Assembly: GCA_964106645.2 (NCBI GenBank)
Contig: OZ067047.1
Length of the DNA: 64,000 bases
Source of the DNA: Podarcis pityusensis
Lineage: Eukaryota
Strand: one strand, 5' to 3'
Part shown: positions 1-13,081 of the stretch, piece after piece
Position numbering within the stretch: the first letter of the stretch is position 1
Layout: every line of letters starts with the position of its first letter
Made by a program: the position numbers and the translations under genes
The notes under the pieces: model-generated
Databases searched by the model: none
What the model was told of the DNA's origin: nothing
Seen by the model: only the letters and a program-made list of their open reading frames with translations

Positions 1-579
1 ACAAAATAATGGTAAAAGTTTCTGAACATGTAGTCAGGACTTGGAGCAATCCGCTCACACATCCTGCCTAGTTGGATTCATATGGTGGAAGAGAATGAAC
101 AGCAGAACGAAGGCAAACAAAATAAAATAACTTTCCTAACTGCCTTTACCTTCAGCTTTACCTAAGCATTTTTTAAATTCAATACAAGCTAAAAGATGAG
201 GATTAGACCCACAGTCTTGGGGTGGTACTTAATTCAGCTTTGTTACTGGAGGCCCTCATGATGTGCTTTGCAGTGTCTTTTCACCACCTGGTGTTGCCAT
301 GCCAGCCGTGGCCTTTTTGGACAGAGACAGCTTAGCCGCAGTGATCCAGCTCTGGTCATTTCCAGATGAGATCACTGCAACGTGTTTGGTGTGTAGATTA
401 CACACCTGCGTTACCTGTGTATATACAATATGTGTGAGTATGTTGCAGACTTCTCAAACTTCATTTGGTTTGGAATATTATCATTATATATATTTATTAA
501 ATTCCTATCCTGCCCTGCCTCCCAAAGGAACCCAAAGTGGAAAACAACAAAAGTAGTAAAACAATAGAATTTAAAATTA

Positions 580-805
580 CAGCGGTACTTCTGGTTACGA
601 ATTTAATTCGTTCCAAAGGTCTGTTCTTAAACTGAAACAGTTCTTATCCTGAGGCGCGTTTTTGCTAATGGGGCCTCCCACTGCGCGTGCGCCTCCAGTG
701 CGCAATTTCCGTTCGCATCCTGGGGCAAAGTTCGCAACCAGGAGCAGCTACTTTCGGGTTAGCGGAGCTCGTAACCTGAAGCGTTCGTAACCAGAGGTAC
801 CACTG
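580..805. mobile_element. Tc1/mariner (Tigger-like) non-autonomous MITE, copy 1
   Basis: TIRs CAG(C/T)GGTAC...GTACCACTG with TA on both sides. Confidence 0.85.
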
Positions 806-2076
806 TAAATAAAAGCACATCATAAAGTCACCAACCGGCACCAGACCTAGCAAACATATCATGGCTGCTTGTTTCCAAGCATAATTGCAAATGCTGATAC
901 TTGCTGTTTAATGATCTATGGGGCTTTAGGTTTGGTTGCCTATAGAGCTGCCTTTTCTCACATCTACCAGCTGATGTGTTAAGATCTTTGTAAACAGCTC
1001 TTCTCCAGGTGTCTCTGCTACCTGAGGTGCATCAGGGGACATGGGAGTGACCTGTTCAACTGTAACAACTCTACTTTCCCCAGGAAGCTTAGCCTGGCAC
1101 TCTGTGTCTTTTGGTGCTTCATGAATCCTTCTTATTTTCCTTAGACGTTTAAAAATACTGTATTGTGTTTGATCAACCTCTTGTGGTTGCTGCATTAATT
1201 CAATGCTGCTGCTGTTACCATTGTTGTGTTTTTAGTGCGTGTGCTTCCTTTTTATAGTCAGATTGTTTTCAAAGTGTTGTAATAGCTGCCCTGGGATTAT
1301 TTTGTGCTGAAAGTGTAGGATATAAATACAAATAAATAATGAAAATGTCTGCCTGCCATTAGCTACAAACCCTAAAATCTGGTATCCTCTCAAAACCTCA
1401 GTCAGTTTTGTACCACAAACTCCATTTTTTGGCCACTGCCCCTTAAGTGTGTACCTGACATTTTGAGTCATTAACACTAAAAAAGCAAGTATTAACTACT
1501 TGGCTGTGGCCACGTGCTTTAAATGTACTATGTGATTTTAAAATTGTTTTGTTGAGCTTTCAACCAATCGGTTGAGGCTGTAAGCTAAACTGCTAATGAA
1601 TGTAACTGAAGTACCTTTACTGGACAGCGCTTCCAACTGTGAGGGACCAATTTTATAGCAAGGAAATGGAAACTGTTAACAATGCAACATCAGACTGCAT
1701 CTGAAATGGAGCTGGGTTAGGACTGAGGAGCAATTCTCATTGATTGTGCTACTTAAGCAGCGGTCATCAACATTTTTGGAATTTTGAGAGAATGTTGAAG
1801 CCACCAGTCACAAAATGGCTGCCACAAGGCGCCGTGGCTTGATGCAAAATGGCTGTCATGAGGGCATGGCTTGACACAAAACTGGGAATACTCTTATTCC
1901 TATGTAGCAAAGCATCAACTAACTGATTGGTTGACTTGGGAAATGAAGGTTTCAATTCCCACTCAGTGATGAAGTTCGCTGGGCAATTTTCAGCCAGCGA
2001 TTTTCTCAGCCCAACCTATGAGGATATAATGACGTGCAGGAAGAACTATGTATAGCACCTTGAGCTGCATGGAGGA

Positions 2077-2115
<39 letters not shown>

Positions 2116-2122
2116 TATTATT
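2077..2122. repeat. (ATT)n microsatellite
   Basis: Read directly from the sequence. Confidence 0.95.
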
Positions 2123-2394
2123 ACACTAAAAAATAAATATGCCCTTTTGGGCAGAAAAGAAATGAGACAAGCCTTAAGGCAAGTGGGGATGGCATCCCCT
2201 TTGCCTCTTCCTCCCCAACACTCAATCAAAATACAAGAAACAAAGGGAAGCCAACCCTCTCCCCTCTTCTTTCCACCCCAACAAAATGTCCTCCAGAGCG
2301 AGGAAAAGAAGGAAGGTAGAGCCATCCCTGCTTCACTCCCCACCCCATGCCATCCAGGGCAAGAAAAGGGGGGGGGGAGCACCCTCACCATGTA

Positions 2395-2625
2395 CAGTGG
2401 TACCTCGGGTTACAAACACCTCGGGTTACAAACACTTCGGGTTACAGACTCCGCTAACTCGGAAGTAGGACCTCGGGTTAAGAACTTTACCTCAGGATGA
2501 GAACAGAAATCGCATGGCGGCAGTGGGAGGCCCCATTAGCTAAAGTGGTACCTCAGGTTAAGAACGGTTTCAGGTTAAGAATGGACCTCCGGAACAAATT
2601 AAGTTCGTAACCAGAGGTACCACTG
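2395..2625. mobile_element. Same MITE, copy 2 (opposite orientation)
   Basis: TA-CAGTGGTACCTC...GAGGTACCACTG-TA. Confidence 0.85.
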
Positions 2626-5600
2626 TATTTCCCTCTCCACAAATAAAAATGATATCCAGTGCTAGAAAAATGAGGAAAGTAAACCAAGAGGCCAGCGGGA
2701 AACCAACCATGCCACTTAACTGTCTCCCAGAGGAGAGAAGGAGTTCACTGCCCTACCAACTGGAGTGAAAAGGGAGGCCCTTTCCACTTCCAGAACTGCT
2801 TGGCATGCAGAACAATACCTGTGGTTTCCCAGAGCGTTACTGGATGCCCCAAATCTCTTTCATTTTGCACAGAAAGCCAGTAAATTAATATATACTGTAG
2901 TTCTATTTATGAAGCGTCCCCCTCCCCTAAAACATTACTCCCTTGGGAATTAAGTGAAGTTAAGATTTATGCCTAAAACTGCACCCAGCACAGTGGCAGG
3001 ATGTTCTGAACTTTTGTCAAAATTTCTACTTCAGACATTAGGCTGTTTGATTGCTGTAGACCACTTTTGCTGTTTAGGAGGCGTCTCTGATGACAACGAA
3101 AAGTCCCCTGCCCTCTTCTTCATCGGGTTGATCTGCAGACAGGAGCTAGAGCTATTTGCCTTGGAGCTGGCTGATTCAGCAACAGCCAGCCCAGGGAGTG
3201 GATGAGCAGGGCTTTTGAGAGAAAGCTGGTCACATGTAGCCTCTTTAAGCAGGCATTCTCTTGCTCCTGACCATCTGTCTCTCCCTCTCTGTTCAGCTGA
3301 TGGGGCGATTCCAGGGGTGTTAGATTCCCTATTCACTATGGCGCAGTTTCCACCAACATCCTGCTCTGGTCGCCCTGGGTGGGAATGGCAGTGGAGTGAC
3401 CTTTCTAATATTACTACGAGAGAGAGGGGACTGCCAGTACTGCGGGGAATGGGGATTAAGGAGACGCACCAAAGTCAGGAAAGGGGGATGGGTGGTGGCT
3501 GAAATGAGGAGGTGTACAACCTTCGGTGTTTGAGGAAAAATCTTCCGCAGCAGAGATAAGTGCCAGCTCAGGCGACCATACTTGCTGCTAGGATGATGAG
3601 GCACCTCCAGAGTCTGTGGCCTGGACGTCAGAATCTCCAGGTTTACCTCAGCTTTTTAGTGTTGCTGGGTGTCTAATGAAGTTACAGTGAAGGAATTCTT
3701 GTACTCCTTTCAACAAAACTTTGCAATATCTTATTCCTCTGCTTGGCACTATGAGAAGAGCTAGAGGAGAAGGGGGGGGGGGCGGTGGCAAGAGATGAGC
3801 TATAAAAATAGCTCTGTCCGATGGCTGCGGCTGTTCCACTCACTGCCTGTAATCCACCCTGTGGCATCCTGGCTCCCATGTGCACTGTGTGTTACATAAT
3901 GGGAGACACTCGGGCATCACTTCAGCCTCAGAAAAGGGAAAGGGAAAGAGTGACGTGACATTTACACCGCTTGCGCTTCCCAATATGTTCCTCCAGCTGG
4001 GCTTTCCAAAGCATGTCAATGCTGAGCTGCTTTCAGAGGGGTTGATAGGCACCCAGAGAGCGTGAAAATAAAGCATTTCCATTTTGCACCAGAGGGCAGC
4101 GGCGGTTGACGTGGGTAGGGGTAGTAGAATGCCTTGCACGAGAATGAATATAATTTGAGCGAGCAGGAAGGGGGTCAAAGAAAAAAAAGCTCTAAGGTGT
4201 CCTGTTAGGAGTATTTGCTGTGGAAAGATTAAGCCATTGGCAAGTGTCCAGGGACTAGGTTGCTTTGAATGAACAAGCCATTTTATAGTCTATAAAATAT
4301 AGTACTAACTGCCACATGCTCAAAATAGGTTTCAGTGTTTGGAAAGGGAGGGTTTAGTTGGAATAATACATGGGGATTTGCTCCTGTGGGGAGGTTTACG
4401 TGCACTCCCAAAGGAGTTAGGGCTGTGTACATACCATACATTTAAAGAACATGACTCCCCCCTGAGATACCAGAGAACTGTGGTTTGTTGAAGGTGCTGT
4501 GAATTATAGCTCTGTAAGGAGTATAGTTCCTAGGATTCCTGGAGTGAGTGTGTGTTTTAAAGGTGTGGTGTAAAATTGGGCCTTTCCTGGGTTAGAACAA
4601 TTGGCCAGTGACCTGCAGAGAGTCCTGTCTTACACACTCACTCACTCAAACACGCACACACAAATACACACACTCTCACAGTCCAAGCCTTCTGTCTCCT
4701 CACATTTTGCCATATGGTTTTCAGCAGAGTGGAGTGCCAAAAAAGAAAAAGAAAAAATACTGCTTCTCAGCTTCACTTTTGGCTTCTATTGCCTCCCAAT
4801 GTCAAGCAGCACAAACTTCTGTGAGGCTTCCTGCCAGGAATACTCAGCTGCAGCAAAAGGGGTTCCCTCTTCTGTGTTTCTCTCCTGGAAGTTTTTATTG
4901 AGCCACTCGTCCTACTTCATCCTTTGAAGAAGGATCCGGAACTGGTAAGTGCTGAGTAAAAAACAGGCCAGTAAGGAAGTTCCAGAAGTCCATATGGGGT
5001 GGAGAGATGGGGTTGAGTCCAGAAACTCTCCAACCATGGATCATGGAATATTTGGTCAATTAATATATACAAGAACAGTACCAGAGTAGTATGGAAAGGG
5101 CAATTGGTGAGCACTCCAATATTCACAGTAGGGCAATTCCTTTATTAGGAACAACCCAAATGACCTGCTAAACACTGGCCTCTTCCCATGCAGTTGCAAC
5201 TAATGTTTTGTTGGCAAAAGGTAATCCAGTTTGGGTTGCACGTAAATGTCTACGGCCAGACTCTCTTGGGCCTGCAGTGATGAATCATTTTATTTTAAAA
5301 TTTAATATGCATGTGTTTGAACAACATCTGTGGAATCAGACCTGCACGCATACTATACAAGGAGAAACAGCAGGGCTCTGCCGATGGCAATCAAAGGACC
5401 AAATGCTGAGTGTTTACTTTGTCCTGGCTGCCTTGTCTGAGATCAACAGTGACTGTAGATTTTCTCATTGTTCCATTGGAATAATATATATCGATTAGTC
5501 AACAGAAGTGAGTCCAGTGTGCATATAGTTCAAGTGGTTTTGTTCATTTCATTTAAATCCTCTGGTAGTGTTGGGTGGGAAGCGAAAACACAATTTGCAA

Positions 5601-7178
5601 GTAGGCCGGTCTTGGTTGCAGCCTTTTTATCCCAGAGTTGATCATTTACATTAGTGGGGAGGTGAAGACAGCTTTTTCAGGGCTGGGGCCACCTTTAGGC
5701 CACACATACCTCATGGGGCCCACTTCTTAATAGCTTAATATATATTTGTATGGTGGTTGTGTTGTTTTTGCAATCCGTGTAGTTCAAGCTGTGACCCAGT
5801 AGTGGGTTCCAAACCTGCAGCAATTACCTAACGATGTTAGGTAATTGGGCTGGAGTTGCAGCCCTAGCTTCTGAAATAGGTAAGAGGAACCTATGGCCTT
5901 CCAGTTGTTGCTGGACTGCATCCCTGTCCATTGGCCATGCTGGCTGTGGATGATGGGGAGCTGCAGAGTCTGACAACATCTGGAGGGTCGTAGCTTTCCC
6001 TGGTGACTCTATAAGGATGTTTCAGCCCTTCTAAAGTAAATATTATTTAGTGATATAGTTAAATTACCCTGGCGTAGTGCTTTACAGGAACCTTTGCTCT
6101 GCTCTGTTCTCATTGGTTATGACAAGGAGAGACTCACATGACTGGAGAAACTTTCCTGAGCAAGTTGGATTATGAGCAGCTACTTAAGTTTTCTTATGTT
6201 CAAATATTGCTTTACAGAAACAGCTGCCTCCGAGAGGACTTTGATGAGGCCCCAGAGAAGGGAAGTGGGGGGTGATGTAGGATGGTTTGTCCCTCCTGAA
6301 TATTGTTGCCTCATTGGATTTATAAATAACATTCTCAATACCTTGGTTGCTAATTGTTTGTTAAGTATTTCCAGAAAGAATGAAGCAATTTCCAAGAACT
6401 ATCATCACTGGCAAGGGAGATGCTATGGAAGCCTTTTCTCCTTCCACATGCCTGTTGTTCTCTACATTTCCAGTAATTTTTATTAATTGTCCAAGAGCCT
6501 CTCTCTGTGCCTAAGAAGAAAAATAGGCATTTACAATCTTAAGTAGTGCCATGGATATGATATGAGGTGCTCCTCATAGGTAGTTTCAAATGCTTGGGAA
6601 CAGTGACCCCAATCAGCAACTGTCATGGCAGAGAGGCTGCAGTTACTGGAATGTCTCCAGGAAAGAAGGGTAGTAAGATATGGCATTGGGGTGTCAAATG
6701 CAACAGTCAACCTGGCAATTCCCCATTAATTCAGCAGTGAAGTTGCCAGCCTCTTTTTCCAGCAAGGTTTTTCAGACTTTATCAGATGCATTAAAGGCAT
6801 AAATTCAACATTTCAGCCTTTTCCTAGTATGGAGATACAGTATTAGGAAATCTCCTTCTCCTCCTTTTTCCTCCAGGTTAATGTTTTATTATTAATTCAA
6901 TAAATATGTTAAGAGCCAGTGGCTTAAAAACTTCAGCACATAACAAAGATACCAACAAGTCTCAATATCTGTAGACCCACCTGTCCTCCAGTTATCGGTT
7001 CCCTCTCCATGCTCCAGTAACAACACGATTGAAGTTATGCACAAGCCACCTTATGCTGTGCTATTCAAGAGAAACCAACATGAGAATAAAAGCAAGCTAA
7101 AATAGAGGGGTTGGAAGTAAAAAGAAGCTCTATTTTCATTAGCTAATCCTCAAATGTTTAAGGAAAGACTAACATGTA

Positions 7179-7420
7179 CAGTGGCACCTCGGGTTAAGTA
7201 CTTAATTCGTTCCAAAGGTCCATTCTTAACCTGAAACTGTTCTTAATCTGAGGTACCACTTTAGCTAATGGGGCCTCCCGCTGCTGCCACGCCGCTGGAA
7301 CACGATTTCTGTTCTCATCCTGAAGCAAAGTTCTTAACCTGAGGTACTATTTCTGGGTTAGCGGAGTCTGTAACCTGAAGCGACTGTAACCTGAAGTGAA
7401 TGTAACCCGAGGTACCACTG
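7179..7420. mobile_element. Same MITE, copy 3
   Basis: TIRs and shared interior (TTAGCTAATGGGGCCTCC, GGGTTAGCGGAGTCTGTAACC). Confidence 0.85.
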
Positions 7421-8343
7421 CATTACTAAAGCTTAGCAGACTGCTGTTTTTGATAGGTCTCCCATTCTTTTACCGCTTGGCTCTCTCTGCCTCTAGGGTG
7501 GGGGGAGATCAGAAGGAAAGCTGAGCAGCTCTGCCACCACAGAAGCATCCCTTACCTGGATTGCTTCTCCAGCAGTGGTGAGAGTAATGGGGCAAGTGGA
7601 GCACCAGTGGGGGCACCGCCTCTTGTATTTCCGCTGCCTGAGGCGGCTCCTTCACCTTGCCTCATGGATGGGCTGGCTCTGGTTTCAAATGTGATTTAAA
7701 GGTGTAGTGTGAATGCAGCGTGTTTCATACATGTTTTACTTCCTAGGCGGCAGTCTGTGCTAGCTGTGGCTTTGTTGTGGTCCTTGGATGACCCAGTAAG
7801 ATGGGTCTATCCAGATTTCCAAGAAGGCTGAGCTGCCTCTCTGGACAGGGATCAAGTAAGGGTAGAAACATAAACAGATGACATGCAGGGAATGAGTTCT
7901 TTCAGGTATATGCTTCGCACAATCCTGTTATGAGCTCTTCCAAACTACTTTTTCTTTTTTCTTTTGCATGATCTGTTACAGATAATCTCACAATGGCTCT
8001 TTCAGACTGCATCTGGTGAACTGTTGCTGCTTAGTACTCTAGATTTTTCCCCCTTCCTTACCTGCCCCGCCTTGTTCACAAAACTTGCACCTCAGTTAGG
8101 ATACTCCTGTAACATCAATAGTAGTTGTATAGAAGAGGACATTTTGGCAGGAGACAGCTTTCAACTAGCGTTGGGGGCAGGAGGAAAGGGTGAATTTGAT
8201 GGCATTTATTCTCCTATAAAAGGAGCCCTGGCCAACTTTGGACCTGGTCACATTTGCATCTTTAGTTACAAACCTTCCTATTGCCTTTCCCCATCCACAA
8301 ACCCACCCACCTAAATAGCAACAATCTCGAAGTGCCTTTGAGT

Positions 8344-8985
8344 GAATCATAGAATCATAGAATCATAGAGTTGGAAGAGACCACAAGGGCCATCGAGTCC
8401 AACCCCCTGCCAAGCAGGAAACACCATCAGAGCACTCCTGACATGGTTGTCAAGCCTCTGCTTAAAGACCTCCAAAGAAGGAGACTCCACCACACTCCTT
8501 GGCAGCAAATTCCACTGTCGAACAGCTCTTACTGTCAGGAAGTTCTTCCTAATGTTTAGGTGGAATCTTCTTTCTTGTAGTTTGGATCCATTGCTCCGTG
8601 TCCGCTTCTCTGGAGCAGCAGAAAACAACCTTTCTCCCTCCTCTATGTGACATCCTTTTATATATTTGAACATGGCTATCATATCACCCCTTAACCTCCT
8701 CTTCTCCAGGCTAAACATGCCCAGCTCCCTTAGCCGTTCCTCATAAGGCATCGTTTCCAGGCCTTTGACCATTTTGGTTGCCCTCCTCTGGACATGTTCC
8801 AGTTTGTCAGTGTCCTTCTTGAACTGTGGTGCCCAGAACTGGACACAGTACTCCAGGTGAGGTCTGACCAGAGCAGAATACAGTGGCACTATTACTTCCC
8901 TTGATCTAGATGCTATACTCCTATTGATGAGGCCCAGAATTGCATTGGCTTTTTTAGCTGCCGCGTCACACTGTTGGCTCCTCGT
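8344..8985 (-). mobile_element. 5'-truncated young CR1 LINE (ORF2 C-terminus plus 3' tail)
   Basis: Translation contains [24 protein letters not shown]...[21 protein letters not shown]; the tail is (ATTCTATG)n. Confidence 0.95.
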
Positions 8986-10792
8986 ACTGTGCAATCTTAG
9001 GCGTGCTTACCTTAGAGCCAAAGGCCCTCTTGGAGCCAGAAAGATGGGCATTGGATTGCAACCTTAATGTAAAACAAGTGTATTTCTTATTCCCTTGATG
9101 AATTGTATGTTCTTTGGCATCCTGGCTAGCTAATGTTTCAAACTGGAAAAGAGAAAACAGCATCTCTTCTATGTGGCAAAAGTATTTTTGGCTGTTTTTA
9201 ATTTGAATACATTGTCTTGCTTCTATTACATGAAACACTTCTGCTTAGGAATCGCCTTTATCCAGTATGTGTGACCCTCTTAAAAAGCTTTTGAATGGTC
9301 TTGGGGGGCGGGGCAGGAGAGCAGGTGGGGGAAGAGGCAGAAGAAGTAAATCTGCTGCTAAATCTTCACCTCTGTAAGCCAACATGACCTTTCAGTTGGC
9401 CAAGTGTGCAGAATAGAGGCCACAGGACTCAGCCAATATTTGGGCAAAATGACACCAATCGAATCTGATCCATTGGGCAGGTGTGTATTCTAGAGATTCA
9501 AACCGTGGCCACAAAATATCTCTCTGTTGAGAAGACGACAGGTGAAGGGTTAACTTGCAGCAGCAGCCACATGCAGCAAAGGGCTCTCCTCTCTCTGCCT
9601 GCCAACTCCTGGAGACTAGCAGAGAGTTAAGGAGCTGGGAGTCTGACGTCAAGAGGGCCAGAATAGAAGACTCTATTTATAGGGCTGTTCCAAAGGGAAT
9701 GGGAGACGCACAGACAGAGAGATTGTTCACTGGCTTGTGCTTGCAGGGTTGTTTTCTCTGTTCTTAACAGTGCAGGCAGCTGCCCCACTAGTTGGCACAG
9801 CTGCCTTGTTGGGAGGGAAATGGGCTCTCTCCACTGGCCACATTTGGTCTGTATGTCCTCCCCATTCCTTTCCTACACAGCCTCATAGAATGGTTACACA
9901 TCCTCCTAATATAATTCATTTAGTGTCCAAATGCAGTACCGGTACTTTCAGTATATGATAAATCTCTTTTGCTAGGCTCATATTCAGTGAATAATTCCTA
10001 GCATTTTATCCTGTGACCTACAAGTCTTTAACCCTTTTCCCAAATGCATGGGGGCTGGCAGTGGTGAATGAAAGGTACTATGTTTGGAATCCGAGGTGTT
10101 CCTTACATGTTCTGAGGCTGTGATCTGGTACTGAAAACAGATACTTGCAGGTAAATCCATCCCGGTCTTGACTCATGTCAATATTTGCTCATATTCCCAG
10201 GAAATAATTGCAAATTCTTTTGGGAACTTAAATTACCTGATTGAATGTTGTTGCCATGTTATCTGTTTCCTTGTCTCCATGGGAAAGGATTGCTAAAAAA
10301 GAAAAGGGAAAAAAAGGGGCGGAGGAGCCCTCAGGCATAACATCTGTGCAACCAGTCTTCTCTCCAGGTTTTAAGATTTATGCAAAAGCAAAACACAGAG
10401 TCCTGTGCCCTGTGATACCACTGTTGCCATTTACTTCCAAGCTTTCAGTCCTATCGCGGAGGATGGCACAACTGCAAAATGCCCTAGCTTGAACACAATG
10501 CTCCTTTGATATTTTTCCCCACAAAGTTCCAATCCTAAAGATGTATTTACTTCTCTAATCTAGGCATAATCACTGTGCTACTTTCAGTCTCTCCTCTGCA
10601 GCATTTTGAGTATGCATAATCATTGCGGAGTTCTGTTGTTGCATTCCCTTTTGTACTTTTTGGCAATGGAACAAAGAAGTCTTTCTTCTCTCCTAGTTAT
10701 CTGACGTATGAAACAGAAATGTGTGTTGTGATCTTCGTTTCCACCTAGAGATTGTAGTATCTTTTAACTGGAACGTAGCATGTCTAGCCTTT

Positions 10793-10818
10793 ACACACAC
10801 ACACACACACACACACAC
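10793..10818. repeat. (AC)n microsatellite
   Basis: Read directly from the sequence. Confidence 0.95.
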
Positions 10819-12489
10819 GGGAGCTTATAATCTCTGCAGCAATCTGTAATACCAGCATCTGGGGCTGGATTTGGGGCACATGCAGCAGCATTTGTGATGT
10901 CAGTCTAATTTGTGAATGAGCGTAAAATGGTTGCAAAACCATGAATCCTATAGGCACCCTTGTTAATCAGTCACGGTTGATGGCATCTCCCTTTACTTCC
11001 TGCAGTACAGTCATTACACATTACAAAACTTAAATTGACACCAAAACCAGCATCCCCATAGTTTTCAGCTTAGCCAGGGTCCAATGCCATCACAATGTAT
11101 GAATACCCACCTCATTGTGTAGATCACATCGTTGGATGGTGGGGACAGGAAATGCACACTGTAATGAAGCCCATCCATGTTGGCCAATAGGCAGGGGTGA
11201 TGGATGTTGCAGTCCAACATTTGAAGGAACACAGGTTCCCCACCCCTTCCTCAAGGACTAACAAATTTATAAAGACATTATGCCAAGCAATTCTTTGTTA
11301 GCTTTCCTGCAAAACATGCCTATCCTCCTGAAAGAATGAGGAGTACACAATAGATCGGAAACAAAGATCAGAGGTAATCAGAAAAATATGTAAGAGATCC
11401 ATTCTTCTATATGCTCCCTAAAATTCACAAGGAAAGCTTCTCTTTGCTAAGTAGACCTGTTGTGTCAAAATCAGGATCTATTTGGGGGCTATTTTGGAGC
11501 CTTTCTTGATTCCTTTCTACAAGACTTTGTGCAGCAGAGCCCATCTTTTATTTAAGATACAAAACATTTTATCAAGGGAGTGGATTGTATGCCTCCACTT
11601 ACATACTGATCTAAATACTGCTGCTGCATGCATTTGGCATTGTGATGTGATGGCAACAGCAAGCTGAGACAGATTCCTGTGGGTTGTTCATCCTCTGCCT
11701 CCTGCATAAGAGAGGTAGAAATGTGACTTTCCTTGGAACTCTGGAGACACATATTGTAGATGGCAGTCAGAGGCCACATGCACACCACATATTTGTAGCG
11801 ATATTATGCCACTTTAAACAGTCATGGCTTCCTGCAAACAAAGAATCCTGGGAAGTACAGTTTGTTAAGGATGCAAAGAGTCATCAGAAGAGCCACATTA
11901 CCCCCACAGAGCTACCATTCCCTGGGAAGGGATGGACTGATTGTGCTGTAGGGAATTGTGATGCTGAAAGACTACATGGCAGCTGTCCAGACGCATCATT
12001 CCAATCATTAACCAAAAGAATGGGAACAACCCAGCAGCTTCTATCCCATTTGTGGTTGCGTTTGCTGAGCACAAGTTAAACGTAATAGTATTGCTTGCTG
12101 GAATATAAAACACTTCTCCTACTCATGTTTTATGGATTGAAGTTTTAAATATTAACACAACATAAATAGGCCAAATAGCTTTTATCTTCACTGACTCAAA
12201 GGCTCTTCTTTAAACGAACCTAAAATCCTTCCTTTTGTAGATAAAGATGCCCATCTGTATTGCTCATGAATCAAGTCTCATTTACTTTGAAAAACTTAAA
12301 TCACACTTGCCATGCTGGGAGGACAGTAACAAGCAATGATACTTCTTCTGGAGTCAGATACAGAAACCTGAAGGTTGAATTGAACTTTGCTTATTAGCTC
12401 TTGTTTTGTCTCTCCTGCCGCACACTTCCCATTCTGTCACTTGTTGATCTCCTGGGGCAGGGGGCAAAGCTTGGCGTTTTAAAATTAAC

Positions 12490-12710
12490 GGTTATATCCC
12501 ACCATTCCTCCAAGGAGCTCAAGGCAGAATACATGATTTCTCTTACCTGTCCCCCCCCCCCCAGTCAATTTTAGCCTTGCAACCACTCTGTGCTGTAGGT
12601 CAGGCTGAGAGACCACCAGCCCTAGTGTTTCACGGCCAAGTAAGGATTTGAACCTAGTTCAGCACCAGTGGACTGTCCTAGTCCTAGTCCAGCATCATAA
12701 CCATTACACC
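12490..12710 (-). mobile_element. Old MIR-like tRNA SINE remnant
   Basis: GGAGCTCAAGGC...GTAGGTCAGGCTGAGAGA...GGATTTGAACC. A similar remnant lies at ~1880-2075. Confidence 0.5.
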
Positions 12711-13081
12711 ACAAGAAAAGCCCGCTGGGCCAGAGCAGTGTCCCACCTAGTTCTGCACTGTGTTCTCAGTGTGGCCAACCAGATATCTATGGGCAGCCTG
12801 CAAGTGGGTTCTGAGTGCAGCTCCTGCGGTTTCCAGCAACCGGGTATTCAGAAACATACCGCCTCTGGCAGTGGAGGTAGAGCATAGTCATCAGGGTTAG
12901 TGGCCACTGGTGGCCAGCTTTATTCTCCATAAGTGTCTCTCTTCAAAAACCATCCACGTTGGTGGCCATCAACTGCCTCTTGTGGGAGCAAACACACCAG
13001 CTCTTGCTAAAAACAGGGGGCTTTATGGAAGCAGGCCTTAATGAGAACATTACTCTTTGGACATGAGTACCCCATCCTCAT

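Noticed and set aside
1990-2500. ORFs with poly-Ile, transmembrane-like stretches
   Set aside because: Artefacts of the (ATT)n microsatellite and the adjoining MITE.
7860-8311. Possible further minus-strand exon (acceptor ~8312, donor CAG|GTAAGG ~8062)
   Set aside because: All three frames contain stops and no recognisable protein; too weak to call separately.
8347-8994. 215-aa ORF as a host gene
   Set aside because: It is the C-terminal fragment of CR1 ORF2, 5'-truncated.
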